Positions 12,978 to 26,386 of a stretch of DNA of 64,000 nt are shown here, piece by piece. The DNA lies in contig NC_134033.1 in assembly GCF_964204645.1 (NCBI RefSeq), positions 14,950,655 to 15,014,654 of the forward strand, read 5' to 3'. How positions within the stretch are numbered: the stretch's first letter is position 1; each line of letters begins with the position of its first letter. This stretch comes from Tubulanus polymorphus (taxonomy: Eukaryota > Animalia > Nemertea). A program made the translations under genes and the position numbers. The notes beneath the pieces are model-generated. The model searched no databases. It saw only the letters and a list, made by a program, of their open reading frames with translations, and was not told the origin of the DNA.

Positions 12978-13268
12978 AGTTTTTATAAAGCATTTATAAA
13001 TATTCGAACGCCGAAATTTACACAGAATCTACGTAACACTCAAAAACTCTAAATATCAAACAACGCGAAATCCAGTTCACACAAAAAACAAGCAGTAGAC
13101 ATTTTGAAAAAGAACTAAAAATCTTCGCATTTCGCTATTAGTAAGTAGTATGAATATTTTCAGTAGTTAGCGTTGAAGGGTCTAACAAACTAATTCTGAC
13201 TCGGGGGAGGGGTATAAACCCTGCCTGATATCTCTCACCCTCCTCTCTCTCTTTCTTTCTCTCTATCT

Positions 13269-16200
13269 TTATTTCTCTCCGTTGACCATCTGTGATTCTT
13301 TTTTCTCCGACGTGCCGTTCTCTTTACGTCCGTTCCTTGGCGCCGTCTGCTGTTGTTGTTTGCGGACAGGTGGCGCTCTTTGTTCTTTCGGGGTATGGTC
13401 GTCGCCGCCGCCGGCCGCAGCAGACGGTTCTTTACTATTCTTACCGCTAGGTGGCACCGACGATTTACCGTTAATCTGCGTTTTGTCGGAGCGCGGCGGA
13501 GGTGCGGAATTTCCGCGCACGCCGCGATAGTTCGATACGCTATTATCCGTTTCCGTTCCCGACGTCGGGCCGTTGTTGCCGCGGTTACTGCTGCCGCCCC
13601 GGTTTTTGTTTCTACGGCGACGTCTACGACGACTCTCATTGTTGCCATCCATCGATGAAACACTTTCTGTAAACGCAATAATTTCTCGTTAATAAATAAT
13701 CTCATTCAGGACCTCGCGAGGTTGGTCTGTTCATACTAATACAAATACAAATATATGCGTTTTTGAAGATAAAATAACGAGGCTTGTTTCAACTTTATAT
13801 CCGGAGATAAAGTTAACAACAACAGACCTTGATCCTGACTGGTAACACTAGAGATTTCTTGTTGATTATCTAATACAGTATCATCATCATCAGTTACACG
13901 CCTACGAGTTCCGTCATTATGTGATACTACAAATACAAACAATCAATCAATAATCAATAGTCAGTTCGGGGGGGGGGAGGGGGTAAATGAGTAAGTACCC
14001 ATGCATCAAACAGCACTACATACATACTACTTAGTTAGTGTTAGACTGAACAGTTAAATTGAATACCACCAGGGGGAGTTACACTGTTACACATCACGCA
14101 TATACTAGAACCCAGTTATCAGAATTGCTACAGTCCGGGTAGGAGGAGAAACAACAACACATACGCATTTCCTGTCTGGGGAAGAGAGCTCAGAGGTCCA
14201 GTTCAGGGAAGAGAGCTCAGAGGTCCTGTTTGGGAAAGAGAGCTCAGAGTTCCTGTCTGGGGAAGGGAGCTCAGAGGTCCAGTTCAGGGGAGAGAGAGCT
14301 CAGAGGTGCTGTCTGGGGAAGGGAGCTCAGAGATGCGGTTTGGGGAAGGGAGCTCAGAGGTGCTGTTTGGGGAAGGGAGCTCAGAGGTCGTGTCTGGGGA
14401 AGGGAGCTCAGAGGTCGTGTCTGGGGAAGGGAGCTCAGAGGTGCTGTTTGGGGAAGGGAGCTCAGAGGTGCTGTTTGGGGAAGGGAGCTCAGAGGTGCTG
14501 TCTGGGGAAGGGAGCTCAGAGGTCGTGTCTGGGGAAGGGAGCTCAGAGGTCCTGTCTGGGGGAGGGAGTTCAGAGGTCGTGTCTGGGGAAGGGAGCTCAG
14601 AGGTCCTGTTAGGGGAAGGGAGCTCAGAGGTCGTGTCTGGGGAAGGGAGCTCAGAGGTCGTGTCTGGGGAAGGGAGCTCAGAGGTCGTGTCTGGGGAAGG
14701 GAGCTCAGAGGTCGTGTCTGGGGGAGGGAGCTCAGAGGTCGTGTCTGGGGGAGGGAGTTCAGAGGTCGTGTCTGGGGAAGGGAGCTCAGAGGTCGTGTCT
14801 GGGGGAGGGAGCTCAGAGGTCGTGTCTGGGGGAGGGAGCTCAGAGGTCGTGTCTGGGGGAGGGAGCTCAGAGGTCGTGTCTGGGGAAGGGAGCTCAGAGG
14901 TCGTGTCTGGGGGAGGGAGCTCAGAGGTCGTGTCTGGGGGAGGGAGCTCAGAGGTCGTGTCTGGGGAAGGGAGCTCAGAGGTCGTGTCTGGGGGAGGGAG
15001 TTCAGAGGTCGTGTCTGGGGAAGGGAGCTCAGAGGTCGTGTCTGGGGGAGGGAGCTCAGAGGTCGTGTCTGGGGGAGGGAGCTCAGAGGTCGTGTCTGGG
15101 GGAGGGAGCTCAGAGGTCGTGTCTGGGGAAGGGAGCTCAGAGGTCGTGTCTGGGGGAGGGAGCTCAGAGGTCGTGTCTGGGAGAGGGAGTTCAGAGGTCC
15201 TGTTAGGGGAAGGGAGCTCAGAGGTCGTGTCTGGGGAAGGGAGTTCAGAGGTCGTGTCTGGGGAAGGGAGCTCAGAGGTCGTGTCTGGGGAAGGGAGCTC
15301 AGAGGTCGTGTCTGGGGAAGGGAGCTCAGAGGTCGTGTCTGGGGGAGGGAGTTCAGAGGTCGTGTCTGGGGAAGGGAGCTCAGAGGTCGTGTCTGGGGGA
15401 GGGAGTTCAGAGGTCGTGTCTGGGGAAGGGAGCTCAGAGGTCGTGTCTGGGGGAGGGAGCTCAGAGGTCGTGTCTGGGGGAGGGAGTTCAGAGGTCCTGT
15501 TAGGGGAAGGGAGCTCAGAGGTGCTGTTAGGGAAGGGAGCTTAGAGGTGCTGTTTGGGGAAGGGAGCTCAGAGGTGCTGTTTGGGGGAGGGAGCTCAGAG
15601 GTCGTGTCTGGGGGAGGGAGTTCAGAGGTCCTCACAGTAATTCACCACAAAAGGAAGCGTATACACAAGCAGGTCATGTCTGGGGAGATTCAGTTATTCA
15701 CCACCAGGGGGAGTAACTACACCACTACACAGATAGCTGACAGTTACCGATATTGGTTCTGTCTCTGTCGCTGACTGCTGCTGCTGCGGCGGCTGCTGGT
15801 GCTGGTGTAATACCCATCATACGATTCAGTAAGTACCCACCTCCTCCTCGATCGGTATAGTCTCCTCTGTGGTTGTCGTGGTAACCGCCTCGATGGCTGT
15901 CATGGTAACCGCCGCGGTGATCGTGGTAACCGCCGCGATGGTTGTTGTCGTAGTAACCACCACTCCTCCGGTCGCCGTAGTGATGATCTGTTAGTAGAAT
16001 AGATATAATCGATTCATGCACGGGTTAAACTTCTCAAATCCAAACGGTGCGAGTTAGGTCTATTTCACTAGTTATCGTGCAGAAAATCAAGAAATACACG
16101 GCCATCCCCAAACGCACACACTCTCGGCAAGGATCAGAATCTGATGGCATCGCTACACTTAGCTACCGCACAAAACCCTGCCACAGAGACCATGCGCTCA

Positions 16201-19200
16201 GCTACATGCACAGGTTTACCGCAAGATAACCACGGCACCAATAAGATTGTCCGTTGTATAATAATAGCTGTTTTCACATGTAATCTATAATCGGAAAACC
16301 CCGCGATAAAATTAAACCGGATTTCCGATTGCCCGATAATGACAGCAGTTATCATGTCGCGCAGGGTTTCGTACGAAAGTGAATCCCAACGCTATCAGAT
16401 TCGAATACATGCCGAGGGTGATTGGCGCGCGAATGTTCCCTCTTTTGAGCCAAAGTGTCCTATTTGAAATAACTTTTTTTCACTTCATCAATTACGTGGT
16501 TCATACGCTAAGATCTAGCCTCGGAATTTCAGCGGTTTTTTTTTTCATTTTAGAAGCCCTCACTACAGCGCGTGAAAGTATAAAATCTGTAATCTAATGC
16601 ATGCGGCCGTTTTCAAGTGAAATGCAGAAAATGTTCTAAGAATTCAGATGCAGGACGAGGGAGAGAGTTTTGTTAAGATAGTTCCGGTAACCGGACAATT
16701 TTGAAATTATTTTCATCTGACCAAATAATTAAGAAAATAACATGCAATATCAATCATTCTACACGCGGTCTACAAGAAAATACTCAGGGTCCCTACAGAT
16801 CGGTCATTCCGGGATATAAGCAGTTTTAACAGGATCCCTACAGACAGATCAGTCATTCCTGGATATAATCAGTTTTCAAAGAGTTTTAAAGGAGAAAATT
16901 TCGATTTCGGGGAAGTGTCGACATCACCTTCATATCCCAATTACAGTAGACTTCTCCTAAATCCTTACTGTTCATCTCAGTAAACGATTAATTCAGTGGT
17001 TTTGTAAACAAATTTCCATCTTTTATACAATTAGTTTGAAAGTTTCTCATTTTGTAACTGCCTAATTTGGTAAAAAAATTCCTGGCTCCAACTGTACCGA
17101 TTAAAACAGCTGTTTAGGGGCAGTTTACAGTACAACTACTAGAGAAAAATTTCTAATTTACTATTTCTAAAAATTGAAGAATTTTTGAAAGAGTTTCAGG
17201 CATTTGCTGAAGTAATTTTCAAGCAGCCTTTAAGTATTTCCCGTTTAGAAGGAGTTTTTATAGAATCAAGGATTCATAGGGACCCTGTAGATAAACAACT
17301 GTTCGGTAGTCATGGAAACTCGTGTTTATTAGCAGACGGACACAGACCTGGATCTCTGCCCGGAAATCTTCCGTAACGGCGGGCACCACCGCGACCTCGA
17401 CCTCGTCTGCTGAGAATACTATCGGTCAGGTAACCGGAGTGATGTCGTTCTTCCTGCGCGGTCACCTCCGCCGACCAATCGGATATTCGCTGCTGTTGTT
17501 GCTGGTTACCAGCAGGGGGCGTTGCGTTACTATCAGCTAAGCCATATATAAATACAAAGTTCTATAGTCAAGGTTAACGAGGAGCGACGACTAACGTTTC
17601 AGGGACACCGACTAATTTTCAATACCCTGAAGTGTCCTATAACAGGGTGATCACTTTCTGTCCATTTACAATGTCCCTGATTTTTCCAAATTCCCTGAGT
17701 GAATCTAAGGAAATTCAAGGTTTAAAATGTTACGATTCATTCATTTTTTATGAATCATGTATTGGAAACACATCGGAAGTGATATCCAAATTCAACGTGT
17801 TTTCCGAGGTTTTCATCAAATTTCCTGAGTTTTTTTCCCTGATTAGATTTTTCCGATTCCCTGAGTTTAGGTCAATGGCCACCCTGCATCACCAGGGACA
17901 ACAATTGTTCAGTTGACAATTCGGTTTTAGGTAGAGAGTTAAAGAGGACCAATAGAGTGGGAGAGAGAGAGAGACCGTTTTCCCTAGCTAATGATTACTG
18001 GGGTTGTAGCAGTCGAGACTAAGGCAAAATTCAGCTCTGAGGATTTTACCAGAAAATGCAAGCACTATTCTAAATAAACCCTATCCTTAATTTCTCGAAA
18101 AGCAAGCACTTTTCAGAATTCGTCAGACTTGCTATAAACCCCCTAATTCGCCGCGACACACTTCACCAGGTTCTGGAGTAGAGATAACACTTACCGCTGG
18201 CTCTCTCGTGCCTCTCCTGATTCCATCGACCACGCCCGCGACCTCGACCCCGTCCTCCGCGACCTCGACCTCTCTCGTCTAAATACGGATCGTTGCTTCC
18301 CGCCCTGACAAAAACAACAACAACACGATAATTCAAACGATCAACTTCGATTAGTCAGTTAGTCCGTAGTCCGAATCAGTAAACCGGCCACTGTTATTCA
18401 CACCTAATTCCAAGATGGCCGACACTATTGAAATTACATGTATGTGATATTGTATTTGGCTAACAATAATAACTGCAGTTCACCCTGCCTGACTGTTTAT
18501 CATTTCTCCGCACAAACATTAATTTTCTTCCCAAATCCTTTGCACTAATGACACATCCCTGCTCCTGACTGCCCGAGAATTTGCTTGCTACAGAAAAGAT
18601 TTATTACCCGCATGGGCAGTTGCAGGATTTTTAAAGGTGGGGGTAAGGGTGTGCTCTGCTGCTCATCCCCAGGGCTCTTGCATCCAAATCACCTGCCCTG
18701 GATCCGCGCCTGAACCGAGGCGCGGCAAAGTCTACTGCATCTATAGTTTTTAGTTACCTTCGTTCTCTAGGAGGAGGGAAGTACGGACCCGGTTGAGGTT
18801 GACCCCCGATACTCTTCAACTGTTGATCGATTTCTATTTTTTCTTGCCTCAAAGCTTCGACTTCCTGCGAACAACGATTCCAAAACAGGTTTTCAAAAAC
18901 AACTCTCGAAACATTGTTATACGATAAGACTGACAAGAGACCAAGACTTACCTTTAAATGAGCTAAATGATATTCTAACAAAACTCGAGCGTTGCTGATA
19001 CTTTCAACTGTTCCGACGAATATAAACGGTACTTGCCCCTGTATACGATAAGAATACAGTTATCATTGATTTACATGGCGGCTGTATGCGATGAAAATAC
19101 ACTGATCATTAATTAACAAGGTCTCTGTATGCGATAAACATACAGTGATCATTAAGACATGATCTCTCTATATGTGATAAGAATACGTTGATCATTGACA

Positions 19201-22200
19201 GACATGATCTCTATATGTGATAAGAATACAGTGATCATCAATAGTGATGATCTCTGTATGCGATAAGAATACAATGATCATTGATAGACATGATCCCTGT
19301 ATGTCATTAGAATACAGAGATCATTGTTAGACATTGTCCTTGTATGCAATAGTAAAATCAGTGTTTATGAAATAACGCTGAAGCAAAACCAGAATATCGT
19401 ATCATGCTTTTATATAATAAACTATAAGCATTGAATTTATGAAATAATAGAAGAAGGGTTCAACTGAAGGGTCTGGTCTGATAAACTGAGGTTTCATGAC
19501 AAAATCAGTAAAACAAATGTTTATAAATCATTCATCCCAGTCTATAAACCAAGCATTTACAATAAATGTATATGTATGATACAGAAATACAGGAATAATA
19601 TGAATTAAGCTTAAATGAATTGAAAGAATATCAATTGAAAAACGAAATCTCAATGAAATAAATCTTCGAGAACCGATTGAAATCATTGAAAATCACTCGA
19701 ATGAAAAGAACCTTACCAATCTAGGACCAACACCCTAAAATATATTCGAATACCCGTCAGTAATGAAAGCGATGATTTGAAAATGCACCGAACCGCTCCG
19801 AAGATTTTACGGATGAAAGCAACAGTAGCTACGAAAAGGCGGACTCCGGATCAGACTAAATATGAAATGTTTTTCTTCTTTTTTCCTTCGAAACTCGATC
19901 TTCCCTTTTTGTTGACATAAAATCTTGGCTCAAAAAATCTAACAATCGAAATAAACTAATAATTGTAAATTTCCGAAAATACCAAATTTGAACCCGATGA
20001 TTAGTCTAAAAGCTGAAAATGGTTTTGTGGGGGAACTCAACACTACAGAATCCGAAAAGACTTTTAATCACACAACAATTTGCAACAACTACCACAAGCC
20101 TTACGAAAGATTGAACGTATGGTCGAGAAAATACAAGAGAAAACCAGGGATGAAAAGATGAAGGGATGAAAACAGCCCATATTGAAAAAGTCGGAAAATA
20201 TTTTCAAAAAAAAAGAATTTTCTCGGGGAACAAAAATCAGTAACTTTTAGCCAAAAAACTTCCTTTTGGTCAAAATGTTAATAGTTTGGGCCTGAATTAG
20301 AGCCGCTTTTTGAATGAGACGCCGTATTGGTTTCTCCGACTCCACAGTTGTGCTAACAACTGCCGAAAACCATCTTAACGAGCACTCCTAACTACGGAGC
20401 GCTCCGATGTGACGCCCGCGATTTAGGTGATTAAAGCAATTGAGGTGATTTACACTGTTCTCAGGAATAAAGAAAATGTTAGAAAAGGTCGGAAATCCGT
20501 CCATGGTCGGAAGATTTTCATCCCTGACATATCCAAACTTACCGTTCCATAAGGATCGGCATAATTCTAAAAAGAGACAAAAAACAATTTTTTCAATATT
20601 GCATTCGAAAATCTCGAAACTGATCGGAAAAATGAAGAATTCAAGTAAACACTGACCTCCACTTTCAGATCATCTCCGTCCTGGTCGTTATCGCCCTCTA
20701 TTTTCACACGAACGACGCCCGATTTATCGACGATGTCCTGAATATTGCGACCGTTTTTTCCGATGACTTTAGCTGCAGAAAATACAAAACGTACTCGTAC
20801 GGAATCTTGGCATCAAAACTGTTTGCTAATTGCTTAAAAGGTGGAAAGTCTAACTCGGGTCTGATCAGCGATTTTTTAATCGGGAACATTTTCAACACGA
20901 GTTTACTTATGGTCGCAACAGATTGATCGCAGACCGATCGTAAGCCGAATCACGAGGATAGAACAAGTTCTATTTCCTCTAACTGATCTTAAGGTTGTAG
21001 CCAATCAGCGACGAGTTATGCATCAGATGACTTTTAGCGCCGAAAATGGCGAGTCAACAAACCATGAGACTCAGCGATGATCAAGTTGTAGTAAACCTGT
21101 TAAGATCGTTAGACAAACAAATCAGCAATCAGCGGTCACATGTGCACTACCGCTGTACTTACGACAATCTAGTTGGGTCAAAAGTCGACCTGAGCTAGAC
21201 TAATGGATAACCGACTATCTCAGCCTCGTTGTAATCGTGGTATTCATCGCCAACTTGAAAACCAAATAAGCAACGTTGAAACGGTGAAATACTAACCGAT
21301 TAATTCACGCGGAACGTGTATCGTTTCTTCAGCAAATTCTAACATATTTCTAGCAGTTTTTACAGCGTGTTCAGTCTATGAAATAAACAATAACATTTCA
21401 CATTACACTCTCCATTTGAGATCATCTATCATAAAGGAGGACGAGGGTCTCGATCAGCTATTTACCCCTAAAATTTAGATCATCTAAATTTTAGGGCGTT
21501 TAAAAGGAATTCAAGCTCAGGACGATTCAATTCAATATTTATTCATCGTGAAATCTTGCGCGCGCTTGTGGATAAAAGGAAAAAAATTTTTTTTTTTACA
21601 AAAAGAAAAGATGGTTTATGAAATGTGTACGTATGATGACGGCGAGAAAATAAACACTAATGCAAATTACCAAATTTAAGACTTGTGTAGTTTAAGTTTG
21701 TTTGTAGGTAAAGGAATAATATAAAGACTAAGCACCATAGGCCTATGCAGATAGCTGGACCGTAATTGGATAGCTGCAGACGTACCTCACCGCATACTTT
21801 GAACGTACACGTATTCTCGTCCAGCTCGATAGAAGTGACGCCCTCCACTTTACGAGCCTGCTGTATATTAGCGCCGTGAGTACCGATAGCTAAACCCATC
21901 AGATCTTCGCGTACGCTGAACTCTTCCATGAAATTCGCTCGACTGTGTAACTTAGTACTCTACAAGAACACGATTAATTCAGCATATCCGTCAATTTCAC
22001 AAACGATCCACAAAGAAGTTCAGGATTAACTTTTACTATTATTTGGACACTTAACTTCTTAACATCTTTTATTCTTAACTTATTTCGATATTATCGATTA
22101 TTTCATTTTCTCGGAAGATTATGTTTTAAAGGCATTTTTGTAAAACGAATGAACAGAAAAGAGATTGCAATCGACATCGGAGCACTCTTCATGTCATTTC

Positions 22201-25200
22201 AGAATTTACTTTCTCGAGAAATTACATAGTACCCGGCAGGTAATACACTTATGAAATACATCTAAAACAAGGAACACTTAAAGAAAAGACGAAAGAGAGA
22301 AATAAAAATAAACTACACGATACCTCAATAGTTACCTCCAGTTTCTTCATCGCCTCGTCAGTTCTCTGTTTTAATAACATTTTCTGACGTAGATTTCTAA
22401 AATGCATATCACCTAGTAAGGAAGCCAATTTAGTAACTTGTTCATTTGAAGACTGAAACGAAAACCAGAAACATGAGTTTATTCATCTAACACGCGAACG
22501 GGTTCTTATGGTTTCCCGAACTCATTTTCCAGACCCAGGTTATCAATTTTCCATACCTCTAAGTAACTCAACTAAAACAGGCTATGTAGGCCCATTCGAA
22601 GTAAATAAGTGCCAATTATCGATACCATCGACAAATTGTTTTCAGAAAGTTTATTATCAAATGCGTGGTAAAACATTTAGGCATATAGCCTAAAATTCAA
22701 AATAGAAGGAAAACTTTATTTTGAGATCTTTTTCTGATTTTCCACAACTTTTCCATAGCCATAGCTTTTCTAGGCGTGGAAAAAAGCCAATAATTCTCCA
22801 AAACTTGCAAGAGAACCCGCAGCTGAGTGAGATCGAAGAGAGAGGGAAACCAGCCGCATCGAGGGCGCGTTAAGCGTTAACTCACCAATACTGTAAGTGT
22901 AGAATTATTATCATCGTAAATAACGACAGCAGCTCCGCAAGCTTTACGAAAATCACGATGATTCACGTCGTCTTTACAGCTGAAATATCACATTAAACAG
23001 ACGGGATTTATAACGGCGATGATACGAGAGTTAGAAGACGAACCGACGACACGGAGCCGTACTTACACATCTCTCATATCTTGTGGAACATCGATCGTGC
23101 ATTTATAAAATGAACTAATAGATATAGGTGGACTGAAAAAAATAAACACAGCTTATTTATTAAGGATCAGCATGAGATGGAAGAGACTCGATGTCATCTA
23201 GCACGGCGGCCACTTATATTTGACTTGCTTTTTCCCTAACTATTCCCTGTCATGCACAATGTTTTCCCTGACTTGATCCGATCCATTAACACAGTCAAAT
23301 ATGTAAGATATAGACGAAAACTGTTTGATGATTTTAATCTCAATCTCAACAAATTTCCATGACTTCTAGCTTTTTCTTACAAAATTCCCCGACTTTTCTT
23401 AAAAGAAGCCACCCTGTCTAATAGGCCTTTAGACGGTGGAGTTAACTAGCAGGGGCCAGGGTCCAGTTCCACAGTTCTGAGTTAAGATCTGAGTTAAGAT
23501 TTAACTCAGAGTTAACTCATTCAAAATGAACTTATTTTAACTCAGAGTTAACTCTAACTCACAACTGTGGAACTGGGTTCAGTTGCTCGAGATTTGGTTA
23601 AAGATAACCAGCGCATCACTACGTCAACTAATCGTTTTTTGACAATTTTTTGAGCAACTGGCCCCAGGTTTATGAAACACTTACTTTTTATTAGCAGGTC
23701 TTAATTTATCAATACTAATAATATCACCCTGTCGCGGTTCGGTCGTCATAAAATCTACGACGATGAATTCTCCTTTGATCATTCGAACTTGAGCTAACCA
23801 CCAACCTTCCGGTTCACTTTCTTTTAACGTTCGATAAACCTATAAAACAATAACACGATATATCATATCTCAATGAACGTGAAATATCTAGATTTAGGTC
23901 TCAATGTATCCAAGATTAGTAACCAAATTATTCAATTTTTATACATCTATAATTTGAGTATATCTGAGATTTGTATCGCGACATAACTGGGATTGGTTTC
24001 CTGATATATCTGAGACTTTTTTTATATACCTCGCATTTGTATCTCGATATGTCTAAGATTTTTTTCTTGATAAGTCTGAGATTTGTATCTCGATATGTCT
24101 GGGATTTGCATCTTGATATGTCTAAGATTTGTATCTCGATATGTCTAAGATTTGTATCTCGATATGTCTGGGATTTGTATCTCAATATGTCTGAGATTTG
24201 TATCTCGATATGTCTGAGATTTGTATCTCGACATGTCTGAGATTTGTATCTCGATATGTCTGAGATTTGTATCTCGATATGTCTGGGATTTGTATCTCGA
24301 TATGTCTGAGATTTGTATCTCAATATGTCTGAGATTTGTATCTCGATACGTCTGAAATTTATATCTCGATATTGTAGGTTTTATCTCGATATGTCTGAGA
24401 TTTGTATCTCGATATGTCTGAGATTTGTATCTCGATATATTTAGGATTTCAGCCAGCGTGAGATACTAACCTCTACGTTATCACCGATATTGTAGGTTTT
24501 TTGAGAGCCGATATCCTCCGATGGAAGGGGAGGAAGACGCACATTGGCAAAAGGAACTTGCTGTTCCGGTTTCCAACTACAAAAATAAAAAACAATTCAT
24601 ACGTAAAAACTAAATTCTATGGGACGAAAAATTTAATAATTTCTTCAGATATTCAATTTGAAACCTACTCATTTTCATAGGTGACGGTGACTTCGTTAGC
24701 GTGAATATTTTTCAGAGATGCCTGTAAATATTAAGAGTAAAAGTGAAATAAAACGGTTGTCCTGCTGTTGGGTCTTGAACCAACTTAAAAACTAGTGAAA
24801 AGCAAACATTGAATTTTACACGACTTTATTATGAAGATTATCTCAAGATTAATTATGTATCGAGCAAACAATTGTCGAATAAACAGAACCCGTGATTTTT
24901 TACAGCGTTTAAGGGAAATGCTTCTAGTCGAGACCGGACTCTAAGTCTCCTCTACGTAGTTTTTGAGACAAGCTACGTAGAGGAGAAGGCATATTATCAT
25001 TCATTATTTAAAGAAAGTAGGTAAGGAAATTTTTCAGCGATAAGGACGGGGGCAACCCCAAAGGGAAGGCCGGGTCCGGACCCCGGAGAACCCCCCCCCC
25101 CCCTAGATCCGCCCCTGCGACACTCGAAGTGGAATTTCCACAATATCAATAGCAGTTTAATTTACTTGCCAATAATTCAATTCAAGAATTAGTAAGTGTA

Positions 25201-25618
25201 AAAGTAGGGCAAGAAGAATTAAACAGACTGAGAAAGGGTTAAGTCTATTATTACGAAAAGAGTAAAAAATCGATGAATATTCAAGAAAATTCGATTTGTT
25301 GCTGATGCTGGAAATAAATATTACTCATTCGAGTTGAGAACATTCTAAGAATCAGAAGAATGCGGCCGTGTGGGTTGTGTAATGAGTGTGCGATCGCCAC
25401 GCACTTTCATTATCACGTACGTTCGAACTGGTCATTTTAAACCCCGATTTTAACCACTTTTAAAAGGTTTTCGTACAAAATTCATACATTTCCCGAAAGA
25501 ACGGAATTTAGATTTTAATTCGTGAAAATTTATCGGAAATCGAACCGTCGCAAGTGCCTGGAATTACCTTGTAATAAACCCCATTTAGATCGCAAACTTC
25601 GACGATCAAGTCCTCCAT
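13269..25618 (-). CDS. FMR1: Fragile X messenger ribonucleoprotein family protein (Agenet x2, KH x2, RGG)
   Basis: Exons: 25618-25568, 24721-24669, 24576-24471, 23839-23685, 23132-23067, 22979-22886, 22452-22336, 21959-21786, 21375-21297, 20772-20657, [microexons 20566-20543, 19734-19717], 19038-18952, 18864-18758, 18304-18195, 17536-17348, 15987-15841, 13926-13828, 13666-13269. Motifs [51 protein letters not shown]-terminal MVNGEK. 3' exon boundaries are less certain. Confidence 0.93.
14170..15632. repeat. 27-bp G-rich minisatellite, about 54 copies
   Basis: Unit GGGGAAGGGAGCTCAGAGGTCGTGTCT inside an FMR1 intron. Confidence 0.97.
19039..19350. repeat. Degenerate approx. 43-bp tandem repeat overlapping an FMR1 acceptor
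   Basis: Unit about CTGTATGCGATAAGAATACAGTGATCATTGATAGACATGATCT, roughly 7 copies. Confidence 0.75.
23453..23664. mobile_element. Nested MITEs (inner element 23460-23579 inserted into the outer TIR)
   Basis: Both elements are flanked by CAG duplications. Removing the inner element restores GGGCCAGTTGCTC. Confidence 0.75.
23960..24445. repeat. 23-bp minisatellite
   Basis: Unit GATTTGTATCTCGATATGTCTGA. Confidence 0.92.
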
Positions 25619-26386
25619 CTTGACGAACGCAGAATCGATTCGGCCGTCACCGAAAACCTCACTTTCCAGTGTCAGTCTTTCTAACAACCTTGGCATTCGC
25701 ACTCATCGGGTATTTGCAGAATGGTAAAATCGGCGTAAGTGAATAAATTTTTTCATCAAATATTCATTATCTTAAAACTTTCTAGGAGGGATAGGTTAAG
25801 GAAAATTTTATTTTCTTGATAATTTATTAATTGAGCAAAATTATATTTATTAACTTAATTATTTCTTGTTTCCGCCGTTTTTTAGCAGCCGAATGTGCGG
25901 TCAACCGTTCCGTCACGAGATTCATCCGCTCCATCACTTCACTTATCACGAAAACAAGCGAGATATCTATTCAAAATAACCTGAATTCATACTAAATATT
26001 TCAGAAATTAAGTTAAAACCGAATTTTGTCGAGGAAACTTCGTTTTCGTCGTGATTCATAGCATTTTCGGGTTTATATCTCCACGCGTATGTACACATTG
26101 CCAGCTCTTCGGGGATGTAATGTGGCAAAAATAAATGAAGTTTTCGGAAATGAAAAAAAACCTTCAAAATACATCGAGAAAACACCTGAAAACATCTAAA
26201 AACAAACATGGAATGGTTGAATATTTAATCACACGCTATATGAGATTTATTTAGACTTTAGAATACACAATTCAACAGTTTCCGTGTCGCTGAAAGTTGA
26301 CATTTCTGATCTCCGATCGACTGGACTGGACTCCCGACATCCGAGTTTTTAATTGATCGACGGGCGAAAATTATCAGCTGGTAAAG

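Noticed and set aside
14230-15774. Long ORFs of 514, 454 and 412 aa
   Set aside because: Stop-free readings of a 27-bp minisatellite, open in several frames on both strands, inside an FMR1 intron.
25619-25760. CGG repeat in the FMR1 5' UTR
   Set aside because: None is present.
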